64,000 nucleotides of DNA from Octopus sinensis (taxonomy: Eukaryota): positions 23,312,001-23,376,000 of the forward strand of contig NC_043000.1 of NCBI RefSeq assembly GCF_006345805.1, in the 5' to 3' direction. Within the stretch, counting starts at the first letter, position 1, and every line of letters starts with the position of its first letter. The notes beneath the pieces were generated by a model that worked only from the letters and a program-made list of their open reading frames with translations, searched no databases and was not told where the DNA came from. The position numbers were made by a program, and so were the translations under genes. Shown here one piece after another: positions 36,640 through 50,847 of this stretch.

Positions 36640-37880
36640 TCTTTCAGTTTATGTGGTGCCGCATGATCAGAGATGTAGATCAGTCAAAGGCAGGGTTATT
36701 TGTTGGTAGATGGTACTTGTTTTTTCTTCTACCATATTTACTTGTTTTGGATAAACATTTACTTTTCCATACTCCTATGCTTCAGATGGAATTTGTTGAG
36801 GCAGGTTTTCTACATCTGGATACCCTTGTAGTCAACCCTCACCTGTTTCCCAGGTTTGGAGGAAGTGATCTTGTGTTGGATGATGGAAGGTTATATAACG
36901 AGACAGAGAAATAGAAACAGGTGTCTTGCTGTAGAGGAAGTACAAGGTTATCCGGCTGGCGAGAGAGAGAGTGGGAGACTGCAGGATAGAGATGGTGGCA
37001 AAATGCCAGGCATACTCACAAGGGACAGGAATCAGAATATAAATAGAATGGTTGAGTAAGAGATATAGATGGTGGCAAGTGCCAGGGCACACCCTTGATG
37101 TTCAAATGCCATAATATAAGTGGCAGGGTATTGCAAAGGAAATGTGATTTAAGAGTGTGGAGGGGGAGTGCATGGCAAAAACTTGGGTATATATAAAGAG
37201 TTGGGGTGACTGGATAGCAATGATAGAGGGACAGGCATAGTGTATGAAGGAGGAAATGTGAGGAAGAGAAGAGATGTGGATATGTAGATTGGTTTGTTGG
37301 GGTAGGGTGAGTGAAAAGTTTTCTTGTTATGTGTGGGTGGAAAACACAGTTTGGGGGTGGCTAGGAGATAGCAATAATACAGTGAGACAGGGCATGTGGG
37401 TGGAACACACAGTTCAGAGGCTAGCGGAGAGCAATGATACAGTGGTACAGGCCAAGAGGACAGGATTGGGGAGTAGGAAGTAAGCATAGTGCATGAAGCG
37501 GAAATGTGAGGAAGAGTAGAGATGTAAAAATGTAGTTTGGTTTGTTGTAGAGTGTGTGAGAAGTTTTCTTAAGTGTGGGTAGGACACACGGCCCTTCTAA
37601 AACTCAGTTTCGCTCATGTGGGCAGATCTTCTCTAGAACTTCATATCGCCAGACATCTCGGTCCATTGTCATTTCCTCCATGAGGCCTAACATCCTGAGA
37701 TTGGTCCTTACCACTTCATCCCATGTCTTCCTTGGTCTCCCTCTTCTGTGTTAACCATCCACTTTCTGTGATCGGCACTTCTTTGTGCAGCTGTCCTCAT
37801 TCATATGCATCCCATGTCCAAACCAATGTAGTCTTCTCTCTTGCATGCTACATGCTCATTTACAACTATTGCATAATGCC
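36640..37880 (-). mobile_element. Degenerate RTE 3' end with a purine-rich (plus-strand) UTR containing an approximately 140-bp duplication
   Basis: Antisense ORF end at 37600-37880; organisation like 7040-7900; duplicated block at 37220-37350 and 37430-37590. Confidence 0.55.
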
Positions 37881-38667
37881 AAGGCAAGGCAGTAGTAACA
37901 TACATGTATGGATATATGTAGATATACAACGGGCTTCTTTCAGTTTCTACCTACCAAATCCACCCACAAGGTTTTGGTCAACCGAGAGGTGCCCATACAT
38001 TGAGACTGAAACTGAAACCATGTAGGTAGGAAGCAAACGTCTTATACTGCAATGGTTGTAGATATTTGTATGTGTTCTTCAATACAATGTTTTTATGGTT
38101 AACAGAATGTACATGATATTAGGGAAATGAGGATTTATAGAAACTCCATTGATAGGCAAGGTGTAATATTTAATCTTTAATACTGTGAACAAATTCTGAG
38201 GATGTAGTATATTTGTAGAAAGGATATAAATTGAAGTGCTTCCTGTTACAATTTCATGAAATTCAAAAAGGAAATCTTAAAATGTGAAGTTAAATACAAT
38301 TTAAAAAATATTCTCATTGACCATGTTTTTATTTAAATAGGTTATTTTTCTTAAAATATATAATTCCTTATATATTGCTTAATAAATCTCACATTTAATT
38401 AAAATATATCTCATACCGATAATTGGGCAACTCGCTTGTTTCAGTATCTTATAGTCAACTCTTTGCTACTTATAAAAAAAAATTTCCTTTTTTTTCTTCC
38501 TTAGAAATGAAATGGCTTGCTATAAACCATAATGAAATTATTCTTTTCTAGTTTGTTTTGTTTAGCGAAAGCTAATGAGGCCTATGATCAGAAACTTCTC
38601 AGTTGTGATCATTAGAGAATATGTCAAGGACAATGTTATTTAATATATGTCCTTTTTTTTTTTATAG

Positions 38668-38797
38668 ATGAGGCTGTTATTTCTAGCAAATTAAGTGATA
38701 ACATACAGATACCCTTGTTAGCTTGTTCAAGTTCATTTTCTTATCTTGATGGAATGGCAAGAAAACTAATTTAAAAAATGTCCTTATGTATTGACTG
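38668..38797 (+). other. Candidate 130-nt non-coding or stop-containing exon
   Basis: T12-ATAG acceptor and CTG|GTATGT donor; stop codons in all three frames; internal ATG at 38778. Confidence 0.35.
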
Positions 38798-39041
38798 GTA
38801 TGTGAGGATTTTTGGAGAATGTTTTAATCTTTATATATGCACAGTTTGTTTTTCAACTGTATGTTTTGATTTGGCATTGACTTGGTTAAATCAAGAAATA
38901 TCTTCCTTGTTACATAATCTGAGTGTGATGATGTGTACTCAGTTCCTTCAAATCACTATAAAGAAAGTTACTTGCAGTTTGATTAAAATATGTAAATTTC
39001 ACTATTAACTTTCTTAGTTAACCTAAAATTGATTGTAAATA

Positions 39042-39640
39042 CAGGGTGTTCAGGATAAATTTGACAGCTTCTATGAATGGAAAGAAAACAATATTCCATC
39101 CAAAAGCAAAAGTATTACTCAAAGAAGTTGCCCTCAGCTTCCACTACAGCATCAAGACAATTCTGGAATATGGCACATGCCTTCTTCACTCTGTCTCTGG
39201 GAAGATCTTCAAATACCTCCTTGATCTTGGCCACCGGCTTGGCCTTGGTGTTGCAACCAGAACGGTTGGTGCCTTTCTTAACTGTGTCTCACACATAATA
39301 ATCCATGGGATTACAATTTGGGGAATTAGATGGTCAGGCATTGGGGCTGGTGAAGTCATAGAAATTCTATGACAACCACTTCTGACTCTTTCCTGAGGTA
39401 TGGCAAAGAACTGAATCCAGGTGCCATTCCAACAGTAGTCCTCTCCAGCCAAAGATTGACCAAGTCTCCAGCAGCTTCACGTAGTTCTCTGAATTGAGTT
39501 TAAGGCCCTGTTTATCAGTTGTTCAATGAATTCCAGTGTGCAGACACAGTCAGAATGCTTGTGTCCCTTCTTGTTGCCCATGGCTTCATAGTCTCCATTG
39601 CAGCTGCCTCTGTTATATCACACAGACATTACAATGTTCA
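39042..39640 (-). mobile_element. Tc1/mariner-superfamily relic of DDxD type (maT-like), transposase C-terminus and 3' TIR
   Basis: PSNSPNCNPMDYYV...AKIKEVFEDLPRDRVKKAC...LDAVVEAEGNFFE*; TA-CAGGGTGTTC terminus at 39040-39050. Confidence 0.7.
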
Positions 39641-40076
39641 CAGAACATTGCACAAGTCATGATGTCGGCATTTTGATACCAAGTGCAAATCCTGATACAA
39701 GTAACTCTTTTCCAATATTCAAATGGCTTCCAGTTTTTTGTGTCAGCTAACTTTTTCTCAACAATAATTTTAATCTTTGAGCTCTCCAATACCATTGACT
39801 TTCACCTATGTATCAAGCTGTTTCTGAGAAGAGACATAAAAACAAAAAAACAAATATAAGTCAAACACTCTGTACAGGTTTACATTTAAACACAACACTA
39901 CAAAAAAGAAAAATATATATAAAAGAAATTCTCACATTCTATTCTCTTACATTCATACATACAAATTGTTCTTTGTATTCTCTGTTAAAATCTAAGTTAA
40001 ATAAATTTAATAGTAAAATTTACAGAAAAATAAGTTGACCAAATCAGCTTCCTTGCAGATTATGTGTTACCTTTTA

Positions 40077-40420
40077 TCTTTTACTCGTTTCAGTCATTTT
40101 GACTGCAGTCATGCCGGGACACCACCTTGAAGCGATTTTTAGTTGAACAAATCAACCCTGGGACTTACTTTATAATGCCTAGTACTTATTCTATTGGTTT
40201 CTTTTGCTGAACCACTATGTTATGGGGATGTAAACACACTAACAATGGTTGTGAAGCTGCAGTGGGTGACAAACACAGGTACAAAGACACACACTCACAC
40301 ACACAAATCTACTTGGTTGGCCTGAGGCTATAGTAAAAGATACTTGCTCAAGGTGCCATGCAGTGGGACTGAATCTGAAACCATGTGGTTGGGAAGCAAG
40401 CTTCTTACAACACAGCCATA
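40077..40420 (-). mobile_element. SINE family A
   Basis: Reverse complement colinear with 10780-11183, with deletions. Confidence 0.85.
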
Positions 40421-40859
40421 AGACCTGTGAATAAAACAATTTCAAAAAAAAAAAGAAGAAAGAAAGAAAAATCAGCAAATGTTAAGCCAAATTTCTTCCT
40501 GGTAAATCAACACTAAACCATGTACTAAAACTTCCAGCATATCAAGGGATGGTTTTAAGAACTGGTGGGTCCTTGAAGATCCTCTGCAGCATGTAACACC
40601 ACAGTCAATTCTTGAGACTTATTCAGCAAAGTTGTATAGATCATAAAGAATATCTGCCTTCCAGAGTTGATTGAAAATATGCTGGAGAGTGAGATATATT
40701 TGGACTCTAGTGGTAGATGGTATAGGTTTTTCTACCTTAAGCACATATTTTTTCCTTTACTTTCCAACTTCTACACCAATGACTAATGAGGAAATTGTGA
40801 AATATATTAATTTATGTATACTGTTCAATCCGGGTGCAGCTGTTTGTTATGAAGAGAAC

Positions 40860-41060
40860 TACCTCTGTGCCAAACCAAAATTCCAACTTCAAGTAACTTT
40901 GTGGAACACCCTGAGCATTCAAAAGGTAAATACTCAGGATACTTAAATGTCACTTCTGGTAGACATCTCAACTTCAAGACCCAGATCCGGAAGTTAAAAG
41001 CAAAATTCAGTGCTTACAACAACATTGTCAGCAAGCTCACAATTGCAAAAGGAAATGCAG
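40860..41060 (+). mobile_element. I/Ingi-group LINE RT C-terminal fragment
   Basis: GYLNVTSGRHLNFKTQIRKLKAKFSAYNNIVSKLT resembles KYLGVTLDR.L.F..H...L..K...RNN...KL. Confidence 0.5.
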
Positions 41061-43630
41061 GTCCACAACCTCTCTATTCAACTATCTTTTCTACTGTTTT
41101 ATTCTTGAGTACACCAGCTCATTGTAGGATAGGTTTACTCTTACAAAGAAGTTAGATTCAGTCCTTAATGCTTCCTGTTTAATCACAAGCTGTCTTAAAC
41201 CAACAAACATTTGACAATCTCAGGCCTAGTGTGCTAAGAATGACTGGGAGGGAAAAACCCAGAAGTCTACCACCTTCAGTATCACTGGAAATGGTGGCAA
41301 AGTAAATAGTTGCCACCCAGAGTAAGGTGGGTTAAGTGGAAATAGCTCAGTTGATTGAGAATTGGAGTTGGCAGAACAAAGGTGACATAAAGCTCTTTCA
41401 GTGATACTATGTTAGACTGTTACAAACTATGAAACACATGTTGACATGCCATATAATACAAGAATCATGCATTTCTGCTGACCTTGCAATGTGCAGTGAT
41501 AATGTAAAGATATGTCTTCAATTTTGACTGAACAAAATTTAGCTGAATGTGTAGTTAATTCTATAAGAAGACATTAGGAACACAACATAGTTGTTAAAAA
41601 TTTGTTAACTTGGTTTGGGAAAAATGAATGCTCTTAATCTCTTCTCTGGCAGATGATCCTTCAATGTGAAACCTGAACATTTTTAGATTGAGAACTAAAA
41701 TACAAATTTAAGAAAACATCAATTAAATCATGCTTTCACAAAGTGATCTTCACTATAAAGCTGTATTAAAGTGTTAATCTTCAAACAGAAGGCAGTGATT
41801 ATAGATTTAATTAAAATTTTAATTTTCTTTAGATAAATCTCATTAGAACGGCAGTTCATTTGTAGCATAGCCCCAGCAGCAATAGTGTTCTACAAATGTC
41901 CCCTTCCTCATGTTTTGTTAAAAAAGAAAAAAATCCTGCTGGTTAATTAAATAGTTAATTTTGCGCAGTGGTTTATTGTTTCATGAACCATGTATGTCTT
42001 TTAAGATATTTGTGTAGACTAGTCTCCTATATTAAATTTTTATGGGAATTACTAAGGAAGGTAAGAACTACCACGATCATCATTGTTTTAACATCTACTT
42101 TTCCATACTTGCACGGGCCATGTGAAATTCATTGAGATAGATTTTCCATGGTCTGATGCTTTTCCTGTTGCCACTACTCAACTGTCTTCAAGCAAGTTAA
42201 TATTTTCTGTAGTCTTTCAAGCAAACATCAATGGCTGGACCTGTTTACATAGGAGATTAACAAATTAGTCACTATTTTTTATGAGCAGTACTTCATTTAG
42301 TCACCATATCATTTTTATGCTCATGTGTACATGTTTTTCCATGTTGGCATGGGTTAGATGAATGTTATTGGAGTGTTGCTTTATTGCTGGATGTCCTTCC
42401 TTTTGCTAACCCTTAATTTTTTTAAAGGGATCTCTTATTCCATATGACTTCAAAGGCATGGAACAAGCAGATGATTTGCTGACAAGGGAACTGACAATAA
42501 CAATACCACCAACGCACCCAAACTTTCAAAGTAACTTGTAAACACACACACACACACACAGATAGTTTCCATCTACCAAATCCACTTGCAAAGCTGAACA
42601 CAAAACCATGTGGTTAGGAAGTAAACTTCTTAATCACACCCATGTCTCTTCTAACAGCATATTTTCCTTAAAATTTTTTTTAAAAAAGGAATTCTTTCAA
42701 TTTCCATCTATCAAATTCACTCACATGGTTTTGGTTGGTCTGGGATTAATGAGAGAAAACACTTGATCTACAATGGGATCAAAACCACATGGTTGTAAAG
42801 CAAACTTCTTAATCATACAACCATGCCTGCATCTAATGTAATGAAATTATATTGGTTCTTGGCACATCATCAGTCAATCATATTTCTACTGACCGAATTT
42901 TTTAAGAATGAGTCTAAAATATAAATATTGTGCCTAGTTGGATTATTTTATTTCTAAGAAGAATCACTGCTCCTCATTGTACTTCCTTTGCCTCTCCCTT
43001 ATGAGCTCACAATGCTCCTAGTGTTTAAGGGCCACTGCACTAGAGCAACCTGACTTTCTGTGTAGTTGGAAAAATTCAAATAGTAATTTCAAAGTAAAAC
43101 AATCATGTTTTGAAAGGAATTAAAATCAAGCCTTTCCAACATTTATCTGGATAAAAAGGTTGTATGACATAACCTTTAATGAATGGAAATACTTCCTGCA
43201 TATTTAATAGAAATATTTAGACTTACATGTAAAGATTGTAATGTGACATGAGGTTTATTGTCAGACTGATATTGTTTAATATCAGACTACTGTGAGTACA
43301 AATCCTACTGGGGGGTTAAATTCGGCTTTCATTCTACTAGAGGTTCTAGTTTGATTCAGTCAACTATACCCATCCCATACAAACATTACCCTTATTAACT
43401 AATCAAAGGAAACGAATATTGTACAATTATTATAAGACACAAAGCCAACAAAGAATTACTTTGTTTTATTTTTAAAGCTATTTATATTATATTATTATTT
43501 TGAAATGTAATAAAAAAAGAAAACTACACCATATTGATACTTGGAAACCAATCTATTTAAAGATGTAATTTTCTAAATTACATGTTTTTGTGGTGAAATA
43601 AAACAGCTCAATGTTTTGATGATAGTATGA

Positions 43631-44123
43631 ATGGATGTTGTTGGTAGTGCATTGAATATATGCCTTGAAGAGCTTATAACAGATGACATTCAAGATTTAA
43701 CAGGTTAGGCAGTAGCAGTCAGATGATGTAAATGTTGAACAGAATTATTATGAAATGGCTGAAGTATATAACAACGGGTACAAGTCCATTACATTGTTGG
43801 CAAATCATTTAGTTGTAATCTTAAAGGTCTGAGATCAGTTCCCACTCAGTTTGTTTTATATTTCCTTTGCAGTTGCTAATTATGTCCTATATGCTTTTTC
43901 CTCGAGAGATCTAATCTATAAACATAGTGGAATAGAACTGTGAAGGTCATTTTAATACAAAACATATTTTCTGTCCTCCCACTTCCTTTTCAAGTGAGCT
44001 TCAGTAAGCTTACACCAGTTATTTCTCTTTTGAATTATTTATTTCAGAAAGATGATGCTGAAATGGAATGTGCTAGAAAAATATTGCAGTCAGCATATGA
44101 AAGATTTGATAACAGAAATTTAA
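43631..44123 (+). CDS. Candidate compact three-exon ORF (43631-43703, 43873-43939, 44048-44123), 71 aa, unidentified
   Basis: Two good acceptors (TTTCCTTTGCAG, TTATTTCAG); phases join without stops; AATAAA at 44136; donors GTTAGG and GTGAAG are weak. Confidence 0.25.
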
Positions 44124-44439
44124 ATGATAAAAATTAATAAATCTCAATCAAACATTTATTTTTAAAAATCTTATTTTCATTTCTAACATTAGTAAACTCC
44201 TGTCAATTATCTGAACAAGTTTTGATAAAATATATTCATATGGTTCATCAATAAGCTGAATTTGTCTAATCAGTTGTACTTGATTCATTACAACTTACTA
44301 CTTCAATGTCATACAAATTATTATTGATCACAAGTATATTGATTTCAGGAAAAACAAAAGTAATTTTAAATGATAATAGAGGGTAACATAACTGCAAATT
44401 CAAGCATTTTGTTTGGTGTGTACAGATGTCATAATGCCA

Positions 44440-44900
44440 ACTATCCATTCGTTTTCTCTGCCTGTTATTCCTTGGAAGGCCATAGGGGTAGTCCTCAAGT
44501 ACTTCCTTTATTAAGGTCTTATCAGAAGTAACCGTCTTTATACTTTCCAGCTGGATTCCTAAGCATGACCAACTGAGATTATAGATATTATCTAGTCATC
44601 TCATTCTTAGTCTACTCCTAGGTCTCCTGCCTGTTAGCTTGACTTGAATAATCTGTTTTTCAATTCTTTCTTATGACATTTTAATCACATGTCTGTAGTA
44701 CAGGAGCTGTAGATTCTTAATGCAGAGAAGCAGCAGCTCAACTTGGAGAGACTTCTTGATATCCAAGCTGTGCACCTTCTTGAGTAATGTTACTCCAGAG
44801 ATCCTTCAGAGGGACTCCATTTTGACCGCTTGTATTCATGACCATATTCTTTTGGCTCATTATTCAACATTCATGACTATAGGTGAGGATGGGCACAAAA
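44440..44900 (-). mobile_element. Degenerate RTE (BovB-like) 3' fragment
   Basis: Antisense of ...GRRPRSRLRMRWLDNI... type RT C-terminal sequence. Confidence 0.5.
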
Positions 44901-45865
44901 TCTGAATTAGTATTTTAAAATTTTATTTTCTTTTGACTAAGAGGGGTAATGGCAGAGCCTCTATGACTTGTGGAATCTAGCGAGGAAGTTATTTTCAGAT
45001 TGGAAACCTAGTGTAGGCTAAAGGCACTGAAGAGCTAGGTTAAACTGAGCAGTGGATTAAGTGTATGCAAACCATAGCTACCCATCCATCATGACAGATG
45101 ATAGTAATTAGAAGTAAAATAAATTCATAACAAAACTTAATTCTACTCTTATTTGTTTTATGAATTATATACATATCTAAAACTTTTTCCTTAGATAATG
45201 TTATTCTTTTATTAAAGGAAAAATATACACAAATTGTAGCTCAGATTAAGTTTCAAAACTGTTTTGTCTTTAGGATATTGGTCCTTAGGTTCAGTGGATC
45301 TAGAGAATTCAACAGTTGAAGTTTTCTAGTCCAATTCCAATCCAGAGCAATGTATGCAAAATATGATTAAATATTATTTCAGTTCTGTAGTTTTGAATGA
45401 GCAGATCTTTGATCAAAGGTATTCTAGCTGTGACCACTTCATCTTTTTACTAAGTGCAAAATAATTTGAGAGAGATTTGACTGATCTTTCAAGCAGGCCA
45501 TTTGTGGGCATATAGTGGCACCCTTGAACAATATACAAGTATGGGTCACAGTTTTTACCTGTTATGGTCATTTAAGATTTTAATGTGATAACTTCAGAAT
45601 ATGCTAATTAATTTTATTAGGAAAATGGATATTGAATATTAGCACTTGAAAATGTTGGGGGTGTGAGCTTATTCAGGAACGTGAATTTGTAGGGAATAAA
45701 AGCATTCTTCTATTTAAAATCTTTAAAGAATCCAGGAACATTTACTACTTAAGTCACTCCATATGGCTGGAAAATAATTACCAGTCTTATTTTATAGTAG
45801 AATAATTACCACTCAAAAAAAAATGGATCTCATTCTTTTTATTTGTTAGTATGGTCTTTTAAATA

Positions 45866-46741
45866 TTGTGTTGACTTGAAAGTTTTGCAATATTTTGGTA
45901 GCTTATTTCTTTTATTCATTAAGTTGCAACAAAAGTAGCCTAGAATTCAAAGTGGATGCCATCGTGTTGCACTGTCTGAAGCCAACTTTCTGCCAGTCCT
46001 TTGATCCCATGCTGATACCAGTTCTTGTCCTTCAGATGAATAACTCTTTCACTGAAGCTCCAACCTCCTCTTGAATTGCAAGCACAGGAAGTGAGTCATG
46101 GATTGGAACAAGTAATCTGAGGGAGATTTTTTCCACAATCCTCACATGCATAGGCAGTGGCAAGAGCCAGCTTCTGGAATCTGTTGCCAAGTATGGGCGT
46201 TTTGAACATCAGATGATGCTCTGTGTCTGGTGGAATTATGAAGGGATAATTCACTATAAGTTTGTTTGGGCAGTCAAACCATTGATGCCTACTTGTACTC
46301 TGGACAGCTGGAGTGGATGTATGACATTGTGTGGCAAAAATAGCTGGCATTGGTTAACAGAAAGCAAGCTCTTCTGCAGCAAAACAATGCAAGACCTCAT
46401 ACCACTTGAACTACCCAGAATAAACTCCAGGAACTTGAGGGAATGAAACTGATGCCACACCCAGTATACAGCCTGGACCTAACTCCCTCAGATTATTACT
46501 TGTTCTGATCTATGACTCACTTCTGTGCTCATGACACTTCATCAAACACTAAGGTGGAAGCTTCAGTGGAGTCTCAAAGGACACGAACAGGTATCAGCAT
46601 GGGGATCAAAGAATTGGTGGAAAGATAGCTTCAGGTGGTGCAACACAAAGGCCTCTACTTTGAATGCTCGGCTGCTTTTGTTGTGACTTGATGAATAAAG
46701 CAAATAAGCTACCAAAATGTAAAACTTTTGACTTGACACAA
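45866..46741. mobile_element. Fold-back mariner derivative: both ends are the 3' end of one mariner family
   Basis: Plus-strand MLCVWWNYEGIIHY...NNARPH...HPVYSLDLTPSDYYLF; 45866-46125 is an inverted, diverged copy of 46485-46741; TA on both flanks. Confidence 0.7.
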
Positions 46742-46888
46742 TACTTCTAATCAGATGAAAGCAATCCTGCCACAATTGTTTAAAATTGTTTTATAAAATG
46801 GTAAAATGGTTGGGCAAATGTTTTCTATAATCTTCCTTTGGACTGACTGACTGACTGGTGCATTGCAGAAGACCATGTCTATAAATAT

Positions 46889-46953
<65 letters not shown>

Positions 46954-47559
46954 ATGAGAGAAAGAGAGAGAGAGAGAGGCGCATAAGCATGGCTATGTGA
47001 CTAAGAGGTTTATTTCTCAACTGTGTTGTTCTGAGTTCAGTCTCACTGCACAGCACCTGAGGTAAGTCTCTTCTACTATAGCCTTAGTCCAACAAATGCC
47101 TTGAGTGATTAAGTTTGCATGTGTCTATGTGTCTGCATAAACTATAACTTCAGAGGAAGAGTCACTATTTGTGGTTGGACTGCATCTGGTGATGTTTGTT
47201 GACATTTCCTGTCAACAGATCATCCACAAGATCTGCACTTTTGAATTCCTTAGAATAAATATCCCTTACTTGAAAAACAGATGTTGAAGGAATACCATTT
47301 ATTTCTTTTTATCAATACCTTCATCATCAACCAGTAATTTTATGTTTTACTATATTTATGCATAGTAAATCAGAAACAACCATGTAATAAACATATATAT
47401 AGTTTACTGCAAAACAACTAAAGCAACAAGTTTGTGCTTCTAAGATTTAAAGTTGGTCATATGCTACCTATGTATTTATTTATCATCACAATTTTATTCT
47501 TTTAAAGTGGTGGGTTCCTTGATAATTGTCAACACCTTATGTCTGCTTTTCCATGATAT

Positions 47560-50200
47560 TATGGGTTAGAACTGTTTTCTCTGGGACAGTGTCCTTTCAT
47601 TTTTTGCAGTTGTTTGTCATCTTGTATGTTCAACCTCTTCAGATCAGCCTTCATCACCACTTCTTCCTAAGTTTCCTTGGTTTTTATCTTCTACAGAGAT
47701 CTTCCACTTAGATTGGTTTGCACTCCAGACCAGCAGTCATCCTCCATATGTCTCACATGTCTGTACCAGTGCACTCTTCTCTATCACATACACTGCATCC
47801 GATTCCTCTTCAGTGGTACATTGTACTTGGTACACAAGTATTATACAATGTGCCCTTCACTCAGAGAGAAAATCATTTTGTTGCCAGCAGAGGTAATAGC
47901 TTCCTGAGCTTTCTCCACTTTGTACTTACTTCAGCTATTTTGCTTCCTGAATGTCTTCCACTGTTAATTAGATCACGTAAGTAACAGAAGCTATCAGCTA
48001 TAACTTCCTCTAAGGAGCCTTCCTAGCATTTGAAAGGATTTATTTCATGGGTGATCTTACTGCAAACTACTACTGTGCATTTGCTGCTTATGCCACCACA
48101 TCTTTTAAACATTAGGTATGCTTTATGGAGTTCCTACCTTGATCCTTTTTCTTATATATGTATATTGAACATGGCCTTTTCCTAGATAGCAGTTCAGTCC
48201 TGATGTCTTCTTTCCTGTAAACTAAACCTTTTTTCTTTGTCAAGTTTACTTTGTGACTTACTCTAGGTTTTGCTTCTACATGTGAAATTTATTCTCTTCA
48301 ACAGGTCAAGCTATAAAAATCAGCTCGTCAGCTTACAGAAGTTCCTACAGACTGCCTCTCTTATCACCCACAGAACAATAATGAATAGAAGGGGTCTGAA
48401 AACTGATTTCTGATAGTTGCCTACATGGTGACTAAATCCCTCTTTAAACTCATTGCTATCTCTCATTTTACTCATCTTTCTTGTGTTGGGACCTGTTACA
48501 GGACCACTGAGATTGGTGGAAGGAAGGTATTTCCAAACTAGAAACTTTTCTTGAATGTTTGCAACCAAGTGGTCTCTGCCAAAAGGTCTCAAGAAACCAG
48601 GTGGGAGTGATAAACCAGGCAGCAAGTCTACTACCCAAGTAAGCCATAACAGGATTTGAACTCAGAATGCAAAGAGCCAGAACAAATATTGCAAGGCATC
48701 CAATCTGACATTCTTACAATTTTGCCAATTCACCACTTTGGATTGGTACATTTTATCAATCCCCAAAGGATGAAATGCAAAGTTGACCATGGCATGATTT
48801 GACCAGAGTGCAGAGAGTGGAAACAAATACTGCAAAACATTCTTGTCTGACACTTTAATGACTGTACCAGTTCACCACCTCTCATTTTTTCAAAGACTAC
48901 TAAACTACACATAGCATAGTACTGTGTCAAAGGCCTTTTCCAGGCTAATGTATGTTAGCTATCATGGTTTGCATTTGCTAAGAATTTCAACAGTTGTCTA
49001 TTAGAAGGCATAAGTGATATCTATCCTGAACTGCATCTCATCTAAGCTTATTCTCTTCCTAATCAGTTGTGCTATGTAGCTCTTTCTGTTAATTTAATGG
49101 CTTGGTTTATCAAATTTGGTGCTTCTATAATTGTTTTTTCTAGAATCTCTTTGTAGCATTTGGTGATTATACTCCTACAGTAGTCATTGGATATGACACT
49201 TCCTTGTACTACTTGTTTGACTATACAAGAAACTAGTGAGCATATAAATTTGCCAGATATTTTCAGTATATCAACAATTATATCTGATGGTTCAGAGTTG
49301 CACTTTCATCTGTGTAGCTTTCAACTATAATAGCTGGCCTACTTGTTATAGTTCCTCACTCTCCCATGCATTCTCCTCATTCAGCAACCTCTCTCAGTAA
49401 CATTCCTATGATTTTTACTTCTCTGTATTATTATTAAGGGCAAGTGCATTGCTATCATTCTGTGTACATTTCCCTCCAATCTTGTATTGATTCACACTGA
49501 CACACAGCTTTGCAATTTGGAACGCTTCATGCCTCTGATTTTCTCATGCAGAACTTTGACAAACTTTTTATTTTCATTTTCTAGTTTGCTGATATTGTTT
49601 CTTGTTCCTCTTTTTCTTCCCATCTTTCCAGACCTGTCTCTTTTGTAGTTTTCTTTACTGTATTATAGTTCTGTTTACTGTACTATTCTACCATCATGTC
49701 ATTTTAAGTCTAGCTAGAACCTTGCTCAACTTACAGATCTGCTCTGTGACTTGCACCAGATTATCCTCCATCTCATAAGTCTCTAATCTCTTCCTTCTCA
49801 CCATACATGCCACGTAATAACTTCATTGAACCAACAACTTGCCAAAAGTTCTTTTAGTTTCCACACCTTTGTTTTCCAGATGGTCTTGTGTCTCTGAGTT
49901 CACCAGCCCTTATTCTGAGGTCACTGATCACTATAATGTTCACAACCAGTTGTCTATCCCACTTTCTGGTGAGTATAGTCTGCTGGATTGTGTTTTTACC
50001 ATCTTGGTAGGTGACTGGGTATCTGAGGTTAGTGATGCAAGCAGGTCATTTGTGTTAGAGAACTCCAAAGGTCATGATCCCTCTTTATTCCTTGTAACAT
50101 ATTCATAACATTTAAGTTGGGAGTAGCCACCATGACATTGCTAACCCCAATTGTGAATGAGGTTGTCATCAGTTATCAAAGTTTCCATATTTTTCCCCTT
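47560..50200 (-). mobile_element. Old, long RTE LINE relic (endonuclease remnants to 3' ORF end), with a SINE B copy at about 48640-48900
   Basis: Antisense GNYQKSVFRPLLFII (RT) and VTYQDG...ILTRKWDR (endonuclease-like) motifs in the expected order. Confidence 0.55.
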
Positions 50201-50847
50201 TTCTCTTCATATCTAGAGGTAATTAACATTTAATATATAAGCCTAAAATGAAAATTAAATTAGTTATATTGTATATAGTAATGTATTTTAAGATCATCTG
50301 TAGACAATCATAAACAGTTGCACATGAGAGAAATGGGTGGTGTATTCAACAAAGATGTATGCCCTGCTTTAGACATGATAAAAATAAATGGTACATGTGA
50401 TGGATAAGGTTCTTATGAGCTGGTGGGTGTGGTGATGGAAAGACTGTTAAAACAGGGATATCTTAAGTGGTGTAATTAGATCTTACAAAAAGTAGGCATT
50501 AGGTTTTTTTTGTGTTTTTTAAGATATTGAAGAGGCGTTAATTCATTCCATCTATGCTTGTGTGAAATTTAAACTGGCTTTGGTAATTGACAAGTCTATC
50601 ACTTGTTACCCTTAGACTATATTATATTATTTTATTACTAATATAGTACTTGTAAATGGAGCAGCTTATGCTAACATGTGTGAAAAACAAGATAGAAGAT
50701 GGTAACTTTGACTTATGCTTAGAAATATAGAGCTCAGGTGATGTTAGAAAAGTAATTAGGTAAGAAAGAAAGGAAACCTCTCTCAATGTATGTGGTCAGC
50801 AAGATGTATTCTTAAATAGGTTATTATTCTTTTATACACTATTACTG

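Noticed and set aside
44048-44137. SAMHD1-like peptide (ARKILQ versus AREILK)
   Set aside because: Similarity is a few residues, the frame stops soon after, and no HD-domain exons are seen
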